A stretch of DNA of 64,000 nt from Candidatus Chisholmbacteria bacterium RIFCSPHIGHO2_01_FULL_52_32 (GCA_001816585.1 MHCJ01000003.1:650681-714680); one strand, 5' to 3'. Positions 46,329 through 56,668 are shown, counted from the first letter of the stretch. A program made the numbers and translations. The notes: generated by a model not told the origin, from the sequence alone.

Positions 46329-48596
46329 TTAAAGTTTCGTTTCTTCAAGCGTCCGGCTGCCCTGCCTCGCCGGGGTCCCGGCAGCAGGGAGGGTGAACCA
46401 AAAGGTCGTTCCTTTCCCCTCTGCCGACTCAAACCAGATCCTTCCTCCCGAGGATTCAACGATGGATTTGACGATATAAAGGCCGAGTCCCGTTCCTTCG
46501 GTTGAGACGGTACGGATGTTGTCAGCCCGGAAGAATTTCGAAAAGACTTTCTGCTGCTGGTCTTTGGGAATGCCGTAGCCCGAGTCCTGGATTTGGGAGA
46601 TAATTTCATCATCCTTCCGGGAAATAAAGATGATGATCTCTCCTTTTTCGGGTGTATATTTCACGGCATTGGAAAGCAAATTGGCATAGACTTGGCGTAT
46701 GAGCTTGGGGTCAACGGTGATTTTGGGAAGCTTATCGTGTTTGCTCACCACGACCTGAAGCTCTTTTTCTTTGATCTTGGGGGTTAATTCCGTTAATACC
46801 TGACTGACCAGTTCGGGGAGGTCGGTCGGGACGGGTTCGATGGCAATCCGCCCTTCCTCAATGCGGGAGACATTCAACAGTGCATTCACCAGCTCAATCA
46901 TGCGGTCGTTTGAGGCGTAGACTTGAGTTAAAAACTCTTTTTGCTCTTTGGTGAGTTTTCCGGCATCGCCGGCGAGGAGCATCTCGGTGAACCACTTGAT
47001 CGCAGATAAGGGAGTCCGCAGCTGATGGGAGGCGAGGGAAATGAATTCCGTCTTCATGCGGTCAACTTCTTTGGCTTTGGTGATGTCGCGTTCGATGCCG
47101 ACAAAAAACCGCACGTTCCCATCCTTGTCGAGAATCGGGGTGATGCTTAGTGCTGCGATGTAGGTTTTTCCGCTCTTTTTCTTATTCGTCAGTTCCCCTT
47201 GGAATGTTTTTTTCTCCCTTTTGATGCCGTCCCACAGCTTCTCGAAGAATTTCTTGTCCATCTGCCCTCCCCAGAGCTTCCCCGGGTTCTTTCCGATGAC
47301 TTCCCCGATGGTGAACTCCGACGTGTCTTCGAGCGCCTTGTTCGCATAGAGAATCGAGCCTTGCGGATCGGTGATGATGATCTGATCAGAGGCGTTCTCC
47401 ACCGCGAGCTGGAACTTCTTTAGGTCCTCTGCCAACCGATCGGATGTCTCCTTTTCCTGCAATAATTGCGTGGTCCGCTCCCTCACTTTTTCTTCAAGCC
47501 CTAAGTAGAGGCCTTTGAGTTCTTTGGCCATGCGGTTGAATTCGTCAGCCAGCTGCTCCACCTCATCTCCGGTCTTGATGTTGAGCTCCAAGTCCCACTG
47601 GCCTTTTCCGATTTTTTCGGCCCCGGTGTGGAGCTTATGGAGCGGTTCGGTAATCGACCGGCTGACGATGAAGGCGACGAGGATAAACAGGAAGAGGATG
47701 AGGATTGAGACTTGGATGAGCTCTTTTTGCATAGTCTCAATCGGCGCAAAGGCTTCCTTGACGGCGATGTCAACGACCAATCCCCAATCGGTTGACGGGA
47801 GATAGCGGTAGACGGTCATCACCTTGTTCCCGTCGCGGTCGGCCGTTTCGGTAATCCCGGAGAGTTTTTGGGTTGCAAGGACGATCGGAGAACGAACAAT
47901 TTCCCCGATGTTTTCCCTCCGCTGAATCTGACCTTGCTGGTTTCTCGGGACATTGAGGTAGACGATTTCCTCCCCCTCCCGTTTGGCAAGAATGATGCGA
48001 CCGCTTCTTCCCAGACCGCTGTAGTCATTGACAATTCTTTCCAGTATGCCCGGCTTGAGGGTCGTGACGGCAAAGCCAACGAGTGCGCCGTCTTTTTGCA
48101 GCGGTACGGCAAGAAATATGTTCCCGCCGTCTGCCTCGATCGTCGCTTTGCTTGTCGGGAGCCACTCGAGTTTTCCCGGATTTCCTCTATCCCCCACCCC
48201 TTCATTGCCGCTTGCCGCAACTTCGAAACCTTGGGGGTCGGTGAGGGTGATTGTTCCAAGATCCGGGTTTTGGGCAAGGAAGCTTGCCAAAAACTCTGCG
48301 AGTTCACCCGTTTGTCTTTGTTCAAATACACGGATGAGGTCTTCGCTTACAGCCACAGTTTCGAGGAAGTTCATGTTGGTGACGACAAGCTCTTGAATCT
48401 GTTCCTGTTTGGCGGTGGCGATCGACTCGAGCTGATCAACGATACGGTCGGAAAGGAGGGCTCTGGCGTTTCGGAAGCTTAAGATCGACAGGAGGGCAAC
48501 AACGGGGATCAGGATGAAGATGATGGAAAGCGTCAGCTTTGTCTGGATCGAGTGAAGCTTGAAGCGGACAAATGATGGTTTGGCAGGCACGGGCAT
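46329..48596 (-). CDS. sensor histidine kinase (Cache-HAMP-PAS-HisKA-HATPase)
   Basis: Two TMs, TGDEVEQLADEFN, SHQLRTPL, NLLSNAVKY, GTGLGL. Confidence 0.94.
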   Translation of the reverse strand: MPVPAKPSFVRFKLHSIQTKLTLSIIFILIPVVALLSILSFRNARALLSDRIVDQLESIATAKQEQIQELVVTNMNFLETVAVSEDLIRVFEQRQTGELAEFLASFLAQNPDLGTITLTDPQGFEVAASGNEGVGDRGNPGKLEWLPTSKATIEADGGNIFLAVPLQKDGALVGFAVTTLKPGILERIVNDYSGLGRSGRIILAKREGEEIVYLNVPRNQQGQIQRRENIGEIVRSPIVLATQKLSGITETADRDGNKVMTVYRYLPSTDWGLVVDIAVKEAFAPIETMQKELIQVSILILFLFILVAFIVSRSITEPLHKLHTGAEKIGKGQWDLELNIKTGDEVEQLADEFNRMAKELKGLYLGLEEKVRERTTQLLQEKETSDRLAEDLKKFQLAVENASDQIIITDPQGSILYANKALEDTSEFTIGEVIGKNPGKLWGGQMDKKFFEKLWDGIKREKKTFQGELTNKKKSGKTYIAALSITPILDKDGNVRFFVGIERDITKAKEVDRMKTEFISLASHQLRTPLSAIKWFTEMLLAGDAGKLTKEQKEFLTQVYASNDRMIELVNALLNVSRIEEGRIAIEPVPTDLPELVSQVLTELTPKIKEKELQVVVSKHDKLPKITVDPKLIRQVYANLLSNAVKYTPEKGEIIIFISRKDDEIISQIQDSGYGIPKDQQQKVFSKFFRADNIRTVSTEGTGLGLYIVKSIVESSGGRIWFESAEGKGTTFWFTLPAAGTPARQGSRTLEETKL

Positions 48597-48646
48597 CTTA
48601 TGTATCGTATCAAGTTTTTGAAGTTTTCGGTGTGCTGGTCACTTTC

Positions 48647-49507
48647 TTAGGCGAAACGGGCGGCCCCTTGCTTACAAATGGCAGTGACTTCTTTTTCGAC
48701 ATGGGATTTCTCATCAGGCGTGAGGCCAAGATCGGCAAGACTTCCTCCTTTATCTTCCAGCAGGTCCCTGCAGAGGACGATGCCGCGGGAAAGCACTTTT
48801 TTCTTCTGCGCATCGGTGAGGCTTGTGAGGCATGTTACGGGATGAAGGCCGGCGGATTCAATCAGATCCTGGAGGTTTCCGGTTTGGGGATGACTCCACC
48901 CTAGGACCTGCATGCCCATACAGTTTCCGTAGTGGATGGCTTCTGTGGTGCACTTCGTATTCGTCACCAACCAAGCCTGGTCGAATGGCTTTATGCCTTC
49001 TTTTTCGTTTCCCTTTTGCACATCCTCGAAGCGGGCTTGGATGTAGAGCGCCACTTTGACGTCGGAGCGGACTCCCGGAAGGTTGTGGAACTTGCATTCG
49101 ACCATGTAGCGTCGATTCTCCTTCTGGGCAACCACGTCGATTTCGTGATCGACACACCTTCCGGATACGATGACATCGGTTTGGACCGTATATCCATGGC
49201 GGGAAAGGATTGCGGCGACGAATTTTTCAAAAGGGTAGCCGCTCGGGCCGAGCTGCATTATCGCCTGTTTTAATCCGTACACCGTTTTGGTGTACGGGTA
49301 GGAAGAATTGCCTAAATACTCACTTATGTGGCGGTAAATTTCGGCGGTCGGTATGCCGCCATAGAGGCTGTCACGAACGTGGCGTACCACTTCGTCCTCC
49401 AGCTTTTTCGGGATTCTGGTGCGGCGAATCGAGCGGCGGACTTTGTCTTCGCTAAACGGTTCTTTCTCTCCCGATGCCTTCAAGACCTGGATGTTTTCGG
49501 AATCCAT
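48647..49507 (-). CDS. ATP-cone domain plus Mrr-like restriction endonuclease domain protein
   Basis: VLKASGEKEPFS..LGPSGYPFE..HEIDV..VECKFHN. Confidence 0.88.
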   Translation of the reverse strand: MDSENIQVLKASGEKEPFSEDKVRRSIRRTRIPKKLEDEVVRHVRDSLYGGIPTAEIYRHISEYLGNSSYPYTKTVYGLKQAIMQLGPSGYPFEKFVAAILSRHGYTVQTDVIVSGRCVDHEIDVVAQKENRRYMVECKFHNLPGVRSDVKVALYIQARFEDVQKGNEKEGIKPFDQAWLVTNTKCTTEAIHYGNCMGMQVLGWSHPQTGNLQDLIESAGLHPVTCLTSLTDAQKKKVLSRGIVLCRDLLEDKGGSLADLGLTPDEKSHVEKEVTAICKQGAARFA

Positions 49508-49562
49508 GCTTTCCCTTTCTCCCTTCCATTATGCGGGAACTCTCCTCTGGGAGCAAGGACGC

Positions 49563-50426
49563 TTATTTTCCCAGTGTTTCCTTGAGAAAGCGATACAGAA
49601 GATAACCTCCAAGCCCTGCAAAGACGGCGTTGACCGCGGGGAATGCGGCGGTAAACCCCGTTACGGTCATGGCAGTATCCGAGATGAGCTTCACCACCGC
49701 GGATTCCTGGCCGGGCATTCCTAACATTCCCGTTTGCGAGAGGATTATGGTCAGAAGCCCGGTGGTGGTGAAGATCGCCGTGGCGATGATGTTGGTGATA
49801 TAGATCGGGTAGCGCCTGGTTCCCAAGGCAATTTCTCCGACTTTCCGACGCAGGATGGGTTTCTCAAGGATATTTCGTTTGTGGATGAAGGCCGAGGCAA
49901 GGTAGAGGGGAGTGACCATGCCAAACACGTATGCAAGCCCCACGCCTAATGCCTGAAGGGTCGTCGGAGTGAGTGCAGAAAGGGTGACCACGCCGATCAG
50001 GACGGGTGCGCAGCAGGCGGAGGTGATCCCCGAAAAAATCCCAAGGGTGAAGGTCGAAAACGGATCGTGTTCCTGCTCTTTTTGGCGGAGTGCGAAGTGG
50101 GGCATCGGCAGTTTGATCCCCAGGAGGGAGAAGGCGGCGAGTACCAGCATAAAGATCCCGCCTATGGTGTACGTCTGGTCGTGCAGGCGGAAGAACAGCA
50201 GGGAGAGGGCTTTCGCCCCCAAGACCACCGGCAGCATGACTACAAAAATGCCGAGCGAATAGATGAGGGTGGCCATTAGGACGCGCTTTTTTTCTTTGAA
50301 GATGTTGGCAAAATAGGCGGGGAGCAGATAGGAAATGCAACAGGGAGCAAACAGGGCGACTATGCCTGCGGCGAAGGCGGCGATAAGGGAAATCTGGTAG
50401 AGGGCTTGGGATCCTTCCATATACAA
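49563..50426 (-). CDS. CcdA/DsbD-family transmembrane thiol-redox protein
   Basis: LFAPCCISYLLP and SACCAPV. Confidence 0.85.
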   Translation of the reverse strand: MYMEGSQALYQISLIAAFAAGIVALFAPCCISYLLPAYFANIFKEKKRVLMATLIYSLGIFVVMLPVVLGAKALSLLFFRLHDQTYTIGGIFMLVLAAFSLLGIKLPMPHFALRQKEQEHDPFSTFTLGIFSGITSACCAPVLIGVVTLSALTPTTLQALGVGLAYVFGMVTPLYLASAFIHKRNILEKPILRRKVGEIALGTRRYPIYITNIIATAIFTTTGLLTIILSQTGMLGMPGQESAVVKLISDTAMTVTGFTAAFPAVNAVFAGLGGYLLYRFLKETLGK

Positions 50427-50436
50427 CCTTTCGGAT

Positions 50437-52647
50437 CTAGGCTTGAAGCTTGGCTTTCCGCAGTGTCATCGCGTTTGCGACGACGATCACCGAGGAAAGG
50501 CTCATCGCAATCGCGCCGATCTTGGGGTTTAAGCGAAAGCCCAGGGGAATGAACAGTCCGGCTGCGGCGGGAATCGCAAACACGTTATACCCCAGGGCCC
50601 AAACGAGGTTCTCGACCATTTTTCTAAAGACCTTCCGGCTTAAGACGATTATGCTTAGGATGTCCTGCGGATTGTTACGGGTGAGGACGATATCTCCGGC
50701 TTCGACGGCGACATCGGTTCCCGCGCCGATTGCGACTCCCACATCCGCCTGCTTTAATGCCGGAGCATCGTTGACCCCGTCGCCTACCATCATGACTTTG
50801 TTTCCCCGGTCTTGAAGCGTTTTGATGTGTTCGTATTTTTTGTCAGGAAGTACCTGGGCAAAATAGGTGTCGATTGAAAGCTGCCCGGCTATGTCCTTGG
50901 CTACCTCTTGGCTATCACCGGTGAGCATGGCTACTTTGACGCCGATCCGATGGAGGGCTTCGACGGCAGTTTGGGACTCCGGTTTGATCCGGTCGGAAAG
51001 GGCGATCAGCCCTGAAACTGTCTTTCCCTCGGAAAGAAAGACGACCGTTTTTCCTTCTTGCGAGAGCTTGTCGTAGATTACCCGGGCTTCTTTAGTCAGG
51101 GCTCCCCGTTCCTCCATGAGGAGCCGGTTGCCCACGGCGAACGTTTTGCGGTCGACCCGGCCTTCGATTCCTTTCCCGGCGAGGTTTTTAAATTTCTCTA
51201 CCGCTTTCGGCGTTCGGTTCTGTTGTTTGGCAAAGGACAGAATTGAAAGCCCGATGACGTGCGTGGAATGCGCTTCCAAGGAAGCCGCAACAGTGAGTAA
51301 ATCTTTCTGTTTCTTCGTCAGGGCTCCGTTTTGCGTTTCCTTCTCGCCAAGCACCACTATCTCGGTCACCCCAAACTTTCCTTCTGTCAGGGTTCCCGTT
51401 TTATCGAATACCACGTAGTCGATGTCCTTGACCACCTCAAGTTTTGCCAAATCCTTGAGGAAAACGCCGTTTTTGACGGCAAGCTGCGTGGCGATGGTTG
51501 AGACCGTGGGAATCGCGAGTCCCAAGGCATGGGGGCAGGCAATCACCAGCACCGTAATTGCCAAGGTTACGGCAAACACCAGGCTTTGTCCCATAACGAG
51601 CGACCAGACAAGTACGGTAGCTGCTGCGACGGCAAGCGCGGCAAGTGTTAAGATCCCCGAAATTCTATCCGCTAAACGCTGGGCGGAGGGTTTGGTTTGT
51701 TGGGCTTTGGCGATGAGCTTTTGAATCTGGCCAATGGTCGAGTTTTCGCCGACCCGTTCGAGCTTGACTTCCACCGAACCGTCCAAACAGATGGCCCCGG
51801 CGACCACGCGGTCGTCTGCTTTCTTTTCGACCGGCTTTGACTCGCCGCTTAGGTGGGCTTCGTTGAAATTGGCTTGCCCTTTGATAATTTTTCCATCGGC
51901 AGGAACTTTCTCTCCCGGTTTTACCAAGACCGTGTCATTTTCCTTAAGCATTGCCAGTTCAACATCTTTGGTACCCTTATCGGTCAGAAGATGCGCTTCC
52001 TTCGGTAAGAGCTTGGCTACCTCCTGAAGCGCATCACCCGCGGCAGCACTTGATCTTGCCTCAAGGTAATGTCCGAACAACAGCACCCAGATCAGAGTTG
52101 AGATCTCAAGGTAGAACTCGGCCTTCAGCGCGGGGAAAAAGTTTGAGGCTGCGGAAAAGAGGTACCCGGCACCGACGGCAACAGAAACCAGGGTCATCAT
52201 CCCGATTTTTCTGGCCTTGATTTCATGCTTGGCATGCTCAAAGAACACCAGCGCAAAGAGAAAAATGGCGGTTGCAATTCCGAATTGGAGGGAGGCCCGG
52301 AAGGAAAAGTCCGGAATCCGAAGGAGCCTGAGGGCGGGTTCTGATGTTGCGAGAAGCGGAATAAGGAGAACGGTGACGATCGCGAAACGCCGGAGGAAAT
52401 CCCTGGCCGCCCCCGGGCCCGACATCATAGCGTGATGGTCATGGGCGGCATGATCGTGATGCTCGTGGTCGTGAGGCTTCTTCAGTTCCTCTTCTCCCTC
52501 TCCTTCCGATTCCTCCTTCACTAAGTCCATGCCGCACTTCGGGCACCTCCCGGGAGTATCACTTCGGACTTCCGGATGCATTGGGCAGGTAAACCGTTTC
52601 CCTCCCACTCTGTGTTCTTCGTGATGTTCAGAGCAACAGGACATCAT
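50437..52647 (-). CDS. copper-translocating P1B-type ATPase (CPH motif, CopB-like) with CPMHP metal-binding domain and His-rich linker
   Basis: CPMHP..CPKCGM, IACPHALG, DKTGTLT, GDGVND, YN, MSLSS. Confidence 0.93.
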   Translation of the reverse strand: MMSCCSEHHEEHRVGGKRFTCPMHPEVRSDTPGRCPKCGMDLVKEESEGEGEEELKKPHDHEHHDHAAHDHHAMMSGPGAARDFLRRFAIVTVLLIPLLATSEPALRLLRIPDFSFRASLQFGIATAIFLFALVFFEHAKHEIKARKIGMMTLVSVAVGAGYLFSAASNFFPALKAEFYLEISTLIWVLLFGHYLEARSSAAAGDALQEVAKLLPKEAHLLTDKGTKDVELAMLKENDTVLVKPGEKVPADGKIIKGQANFNEAHLSGESKPVEKKADDRVVAGAICLDGSVEVKLERVGENSTIGQIQKLIAKAQQTKPSAQRLADRISGILTLAALAVAAATVLVWSLVMGQSLVFAVTLAITVLVIACPHALGLAIPTVSTIATQLAVKNGVFLKDLAKLEVVKDIDYVVFDKTGTLTEGKFGVTEIVVLGEKETQNGALTKKQKDLLTVAASLEAHSTHVIGLSILSFAKQQNRTPKAVEKFKNLAGKGIEGRVDRKTFAVGNRLLMEERGALTKEARVIYDKLSQEGKTVVFLSEGKTVSGLIALSDRIKPESQTAVEALHRIGVKVAMLTGDSQEVAKDIAGQLSIDTYFAQVLPDKKYEHIKTLQDRGNKVMMVGDGVNDAPALKQADVGVAIGAGTDVAVEAGDIVLTRNNPQDILSIIVLSRKVFRKMVENLVWALGYNVFAIPAAAGLFIPLGFRLNPKIGAIAMSLSSVIVVANAMTLRKAKLQA

Positions 52648-52690
52648 AAATTATGAATTATGAATTATGAATTAAGAATAATGAATAAGA
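52646..52690. repeat. GAATTAT heptamer tract
   Basis: Seen directly; the same unit occurs near 42566. Confidence 0.85.
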
Positions 52691-52727
52691 CTCGTCGGTC
52701 GTTGATCTTGCCGGTTTCCGAGTCGGT

Positions 52728-52988
52728 TTACTTTATCCTCTCCCAGATCCAACCGAGTACGTACCCGTAGAACCAACCTAACCCCATGAGCACAACTCCT
52801 CCCATGACGAAGCTTTCGATAGATACCCGCCGCATGGCAAATAACGGAAGCAACTGCCCATGTGTTAACCAAGAAAGCACGGTCATAGTAAATTTGGGAA
52901 AGGCCGCGACCACGACGCTACAAGTAACCCAAATCACTCCCATCCAAAGCGCTGCCACTTTAGCCATGACTTCTTTCGTGTGCTTCAC
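52728..52988 (-). CDS. small 2-TM protein (DUF5676-like)
   Basis: TCS..FP..WLTHG..FVMGG. Confidence 0.7.
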   Translation of the reverse strand: MKHTKEVMAKVAALWMGVIWVTCSVVVAAFPKFTMTVLSWLTHGQLLPLFAMRRVSIESFVMGGVVLMGLGWFYGYVLGWIWERIK

Positions 52989-53545
52989 TTTTTTTCACCA
53001 CCCTTCATCCAAAGGTAACGGATAAGAGCCACGAGCAAGGCCATCACCAGGATCCAGGTTGTTAAACCAAACAGCACGTGCAGGCCTCCCCAGGCGCCCC
53101 AACCACCAGACCAGTTTTGATTCATCATTCCTCCCCAACCCATCATCGGCATCCACCTCCCTTCAATATCTTTTGTGCATCCGAGATAATTCTTTCCCAT
53201 GCTGATGTGGGCGGTCCGCAGGGTTTCCGATCCCTCGCCACCCATCATCCGGTCCATCCGTTCATGGACTTCGGGATCCGGGTGCATGACGCCCATGAAG
53301 GCATCGCCCAGCCGCTCAAATTGGATGTCCGTCACTTTGTCACAATCGATTTCGTCAACTATGGCTACACTTTGCCCGCCCGTGATTTCCTGAAGGATTT
53401 GGTCGACGCTTTCGGAGGGTTGTTCTGCCGCAGTACTTGCAGTCCATTGGCCCATCATCCCTTGGGCCATAGCTCTTGGCTGCGTGAACAGCGCAAGGAC
53501 AACGAGCATTCCAAAAAGTATCAAGAGTTTTTTTATCATCTTCAT
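52985..53545 (-). CDS. Met/His-rich exported membrane-anchored protein
   Basis: Signal peptide, MGVMHP..HERMDRMMGGEGS..HISMG..C, C-terminal TM. Confidence 0.8.
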   Translation of the reverse strand: MKMIKKLLILFGMLVVLALFTQPRAMAQGMMGQWTASTAAEQPSESVDQILQEITGGQSVAIVDEIDCDKVTDIQFERLGDAFMGVMHPDPEVHERMDRMMGGEGSETLRTAHISMGKNYLGCTKDIEGRWMPMMGWGGMMNQNWSGGWGAWGGLHVLFGLTTWILVMALLVALIRYLWMKGGEKK

Positions 53546-53551
53546 TTCGTA

Positions 53552-54277
53552 TTAACGCTTCACGACCGTGGCGGTGATAGAGGCGGTTAGCTTTGGAAAA
53601 TTCGGATTGTCCGTATTGATATAAATGGTACGTTCTAATTCTCCTAAATCGGAGTCATCCTTGTGAATCGCCGGATCGAAGCTCACCCCGACCGTGGCGG
53701 ATTCGTAGGGACCGAGCCTGGTTTTTTCCATTTCCGCTTTGGTGCAGGAGCAGGACGTTGAGAGGCTGGTGACGTTCAGGGTGCTTGCCGTATTGTTTTT
53801 GAGCGTGAAGTCGGTTTTGGTAATGTCCCCGTAGATCACCGTGCCTAAATTTTTTAAGGGGGGAGTTAAGAGAACCGCTTGGTGCGACTCCCGGTAGGCT
53901 TGAATCCCGCCCTGAAGGTTTTTGACGTTGGTATAGCCAGCCTTTACCAAGACCCCGGCCGCCTCCTGGCTCATGGAGCCGGACCGGCAGTAGAGAATGA
54001 TTTCCGCGTCTTTTTCTTTCGGGAGTTCGTTTAGGCGATTGGCAATTTCGTTGTAGGGAATGAAGGTATCGGTTTCACTAAGATGCTCCTCTTCCGGGAT
54101 GTGGACGTCTACCACGAACGGATCGCGATTTGCAAGGATAGCATCATATTCCGCCGGGCTGATATCGGCATATGAGCCCCCGCTTGTAACTTTGGAGTTC
54201 GGACTTGTTATCCGCCAGTAGGCAAGGATAGCTCCCGCCACAACGAGGACAGCGATCAGAAGCATTGTCTTACGCAC
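53552..54277 (-). CDS. rhodanese-domain plus DUF1573 (Ig-like) protein
   Basis: VVDV, LYCRSG, NLQGG; STSCSCT. Confidence 0.85.
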   Translation of the reverse strand: MRKTMLLIAVLVVAGAILAYWRITSPNSKVTSGGSYADISPAEYDAILANRDPFVVDVHIPEEEHLSETDTFIPYNEIANRLNELPKEKDAEIILYCRSGSMSQEAAGVLVKAGYTNVKNLQGGIQAYRESHQAVLLTPPLKNLGTVIYGDITKTDFTLKNNTASTLNVTSLSTSCSCTKAEMEKTRLGPYESATVGVSFDPAIHKDDSDLGELERTIYINTDNPNFPKLTASITATVVKR

Positions 54278-55199
54278 CGCAGCTTCCTCCCTGGCTCTTT
54301 ATTCCCGGCACATTGGCAACCGCCTGATGAACCTTTTGGGCTCCCTGGGCGGAGGAGTATTCATTGCTCAAGGCGAGTTTCGGATCGACCTTTTCCCACT
54401 CGGTCCCTTGCTGGGAAAAATAGACAGCCATCTCTACATAGGTCGTCGGGAACCAATACGAATTGAACGCGAGGAGATCTTTGTAAATCTGTTCCTCGGA
54501 GAGCCCGCTTGAGACGGCAAGTTCGATGTAGCCGAGGGCCGCCATCCCATGGTTACAATCGGGAAAGGCCACGCTGTTCCCGCAGCAGGGGCGGTAGACG
54601 TTCTCGGCAATCCTGCGGACTTGTTCCTGCTGATCGTCCGACAGCGGGATAATCTCCTGACTTGAATAGAGGGCTTTCGCTGTTTTTGACCCCAATGTCC
54701 ACCCGCCGGTTGAGGCGAAATTTTCGATAGGAACATCCTGCTCACGCATCGGCCCTTCATCCAACACCTTACTTTTATTGACAAGCCCGAGTGCCCACAA
54801 CGTATTGACCACGAAGTGGGAGTTATTTTCATTGATTTCGATCGGTCTTGACTCATTTCCGCTGAAAATGTCCATTTCCTGTTTGCCGTTCGTATTCGCG
54901 TTGAAGGATTGTTCGTATTTCGCAAGGTCAATTGCACCTACCTCAACGAGTTTCTTTCCAATATCGCCCCAGGAGAGCGAAGTCTTGTATCCTGACGGGG
55001 GAATGACTTTTTGTGCAACCGTTTTTACGACATCCTGGGAAACCTGATTTTCTGCAGGTTGCTCAGTTGTAGTCTTGAGCTTTTGGCTTACCAAATAATA
55101 TTCGACCAGCGCCCCCGATGCCCCTGCATTCAGGAGTAGAAGCACAAAGAGCCAAATGGGAAGGGTCAGACTGGCGGGTTTCTTTTTTCTTTGAGTCAT
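54270..55199 (-). CDS. membrane-anchored hypothetical protein with Cys/His motif
   Basis: RPCCG..FPDCNHGMA, C-terminal GSCGA. Confidence 0.8.
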   Translation of the reverse strand: MTQRKKKPASLTLPIWLFVLLLLNAGASGALVEYYLVSQKLKTTTEQPAENQVSQDVVKTVAQKVIPPSGYKTSLSWGDIGKKLVEVGAIDLAKYEQSFNANTNGKQEMDIFSGNESRPIEINENNSHFVVNTLWALGLVNKSKVLDEGPMREQDVPIENFASTGGWTLGSKTAKALYSSQEIIPLSDDQQEQVRRIAENVYRPCCGNSVAFPDCNHGMAALGYIELAVSSGLSEEQIYKDLLAFNSYWFPTTYVEMAVYFSQQGTEWEKVDPKLALSNEYSSAQGAQKVHQAVANVPGIKSQGGSCGA

Positions 55200-55221
55200 G
55201 GGGTTCTCCTTTGTTCTCCGT

Positions 55222-55716
55222 CTAATTTGTAACATCCGCAGAGAGCGTGAATTCGAGCTTCTGAAGACTTGGGTCGTTGGTTTCCAGGGAGACCAGCCTC
55301 GTAATCTGACCCACGCCCTGCGGGCCGTGGAATGCAGGATCAAAGATAACCGAAAGGGTCGCTGTTTTAGATGGTGCGACCTCTCCGACCCAGGAGGAGT
55401 TTTGATGCATACCAAAAAATGGGCTCAGCTTACCGTCAATCTCCACTTGCGCCTCAGTACACATGCATGAGGTTTGGACGTTTATCAGCTGCAATGTCCC
55501 GCTGCCTCCGTTTTTGATAGTGAATTCCTTTTGAACTTTCCCATCTTTCATCGAAATTGTTCCCCAGGAAAAAGAGGTTTCATCCACTTGGGCTTTTACC
55601 GAATTTGAGGAGGCTATCGTCGGGACCTTCTGAGCTCTCGTTGCAAGGAAGATGCCTCCGAAAAGGACAAGAACGGAAGCGAGAACGATCCCGATAATAA
55701 TTTTGGAGTCTTTCAT
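55222..55716 (-). CDS. DUF1573 (Ig-like) domain protein
   Basis: TM, TSCMCT, FGMH, FDPAFHGP. Confidence 0.82.
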   Translation of the reverse strand: MKDSKIIIGIVLASVLVLFGGIFLATRAQKVPTIASSNSVKAQVDETSFSWGTISMKDGKVQKEFTIKNGGSGTLQLINVQTSCMCTEAQVEIDGKLSPFFGMHQNSSWVGEVAPSKTATLSVIFDPAFHGPQGVGQITRLVSLETNDPSLQKLEFTLSADVTN

Positions 55717-56240
55717 AGATGGGCAATACCTTTCCGAACCGGCGGCCGGCTCAACCGAACTACACTCCTTCTTATGCGTTTGAGGAACTGGTTTTTGCAG
55801 CCTGCTGCACAAAAGTAATAGGTTTTGCCTCTGAACTTCAGGATGGCTGCGGCGGTCCTCGGGCTGATACGCATGCGGCAGACCGGATCCACTACCAACG
55901 GAATAAAATCCTTCATCCGGAGCCGTAGTTCATGGGTCAGGGTTGCTTCACCGCGGTGCTTGTCAATCAGCATCTCACGAATGCTGTCGGAGGCCTTAAT
56001 AAGGTTCGGATGCGCCAGTCTGTAGAAGACACCCGTTCCCCTCCTTCTTGTGTCCACGATTCCATGCTCGCGGAGAACGGAAAGGTGCTGGGAGAGATTT
56101 GCCTGCTTCAGTCCGAGCATCTTCTGTATCTGCGATACCGAGAGTTCCTGATGGCGAAGCAGATGGACAATCTCCACCCGCTTGGGGTTGGCGAGGGCCT
56201 TATAGAGATTCGCGTGAAGCTGAAAGACTTTCTGGTACAT
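55713..56240 (-). CDS. ArsR/SmtB regulator fused to a YHS domain
   Basis: KALANPKR..QANLSQHL; DPVCRM..YYFCAAGC. Confidence 0.9.
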   Translation of the reverse strand: MYQKVFQLHANLYKALANPKRVEIVHLLRHQELSVSQIQKMLGLKQANLSQHLSVLREHGIVDTRRRGTGVFYRLAHPNLIKASDSIREMLIDKHRGEATLTHELRLRMKDFIPLVVDPVCRMRISPRTAAAILKFRGKTYYFCAAGCKNQFLKRIRRSVVRLSRPPVRKGIAHL

Positions 56241-56245
56241 TCTTT

Positions 56246-56263
56246 TATTCGAATATTCGAATA
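56246..56263. promoter_or_regulatory. perfect 18-bp palindrome, probable ArsR operator
   Basis: TATTCGAATATTCGAATA 5 bp upstream of the ArsR start. Confidence 0.75.
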
Positions 56264-56332
56264 TATTGGGAGTTTACCGTATGGGCGCAGGCTTGTCAAG
56301 CAATAAACACCATGGGTTATAATAGCCTTCGT

Positions 56333-56668
56333 ATGGATCTTACTCAAAGACACTGCGTTCCTTGTGAGGGAGGTATTTCCCCATTTGATGCGGCTTATGC
56401 CGCCGAGTGGCTGCGAAATATCCAGGGTTGGAGGCTCGTTGCGGGAAGTAAGAAAATTCAAAAAGACTTTATCTTTAGGAATTTCAAGGAAGTCATCGGG
56501 TTTGTGAATAACGTTGCGGAGATTGCCGATACGGAGAATCACCACCCCGATCTTTTTATCCACAGCTATAAGAAACTTCGAATCACTCTTTCGACGCACG
56601 CAATCGGTGGGCTTTCGGAGAACGACTTCATTCTGGCCGCGAAGATTGACAAGATTCAGGGGAAATGA
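56333..56668 (+). CDS. pterin-4-alpha-carbinolamine dehydratase family protein
   Basis: CVPCEGG, ENHHPD, THAIGGLSENDFILAAKID. Confidence 0.93.
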   Translation: MDLTQRHCVPCEGGISPFDAAYAAEWLRNIQGWRLVAGSKKIQKDFIFRNFKEVIGFVNNVAEIADTENHHPDLFIHSYKKLRITLSTHAIGGLSENDFILAAKIDKIQGK

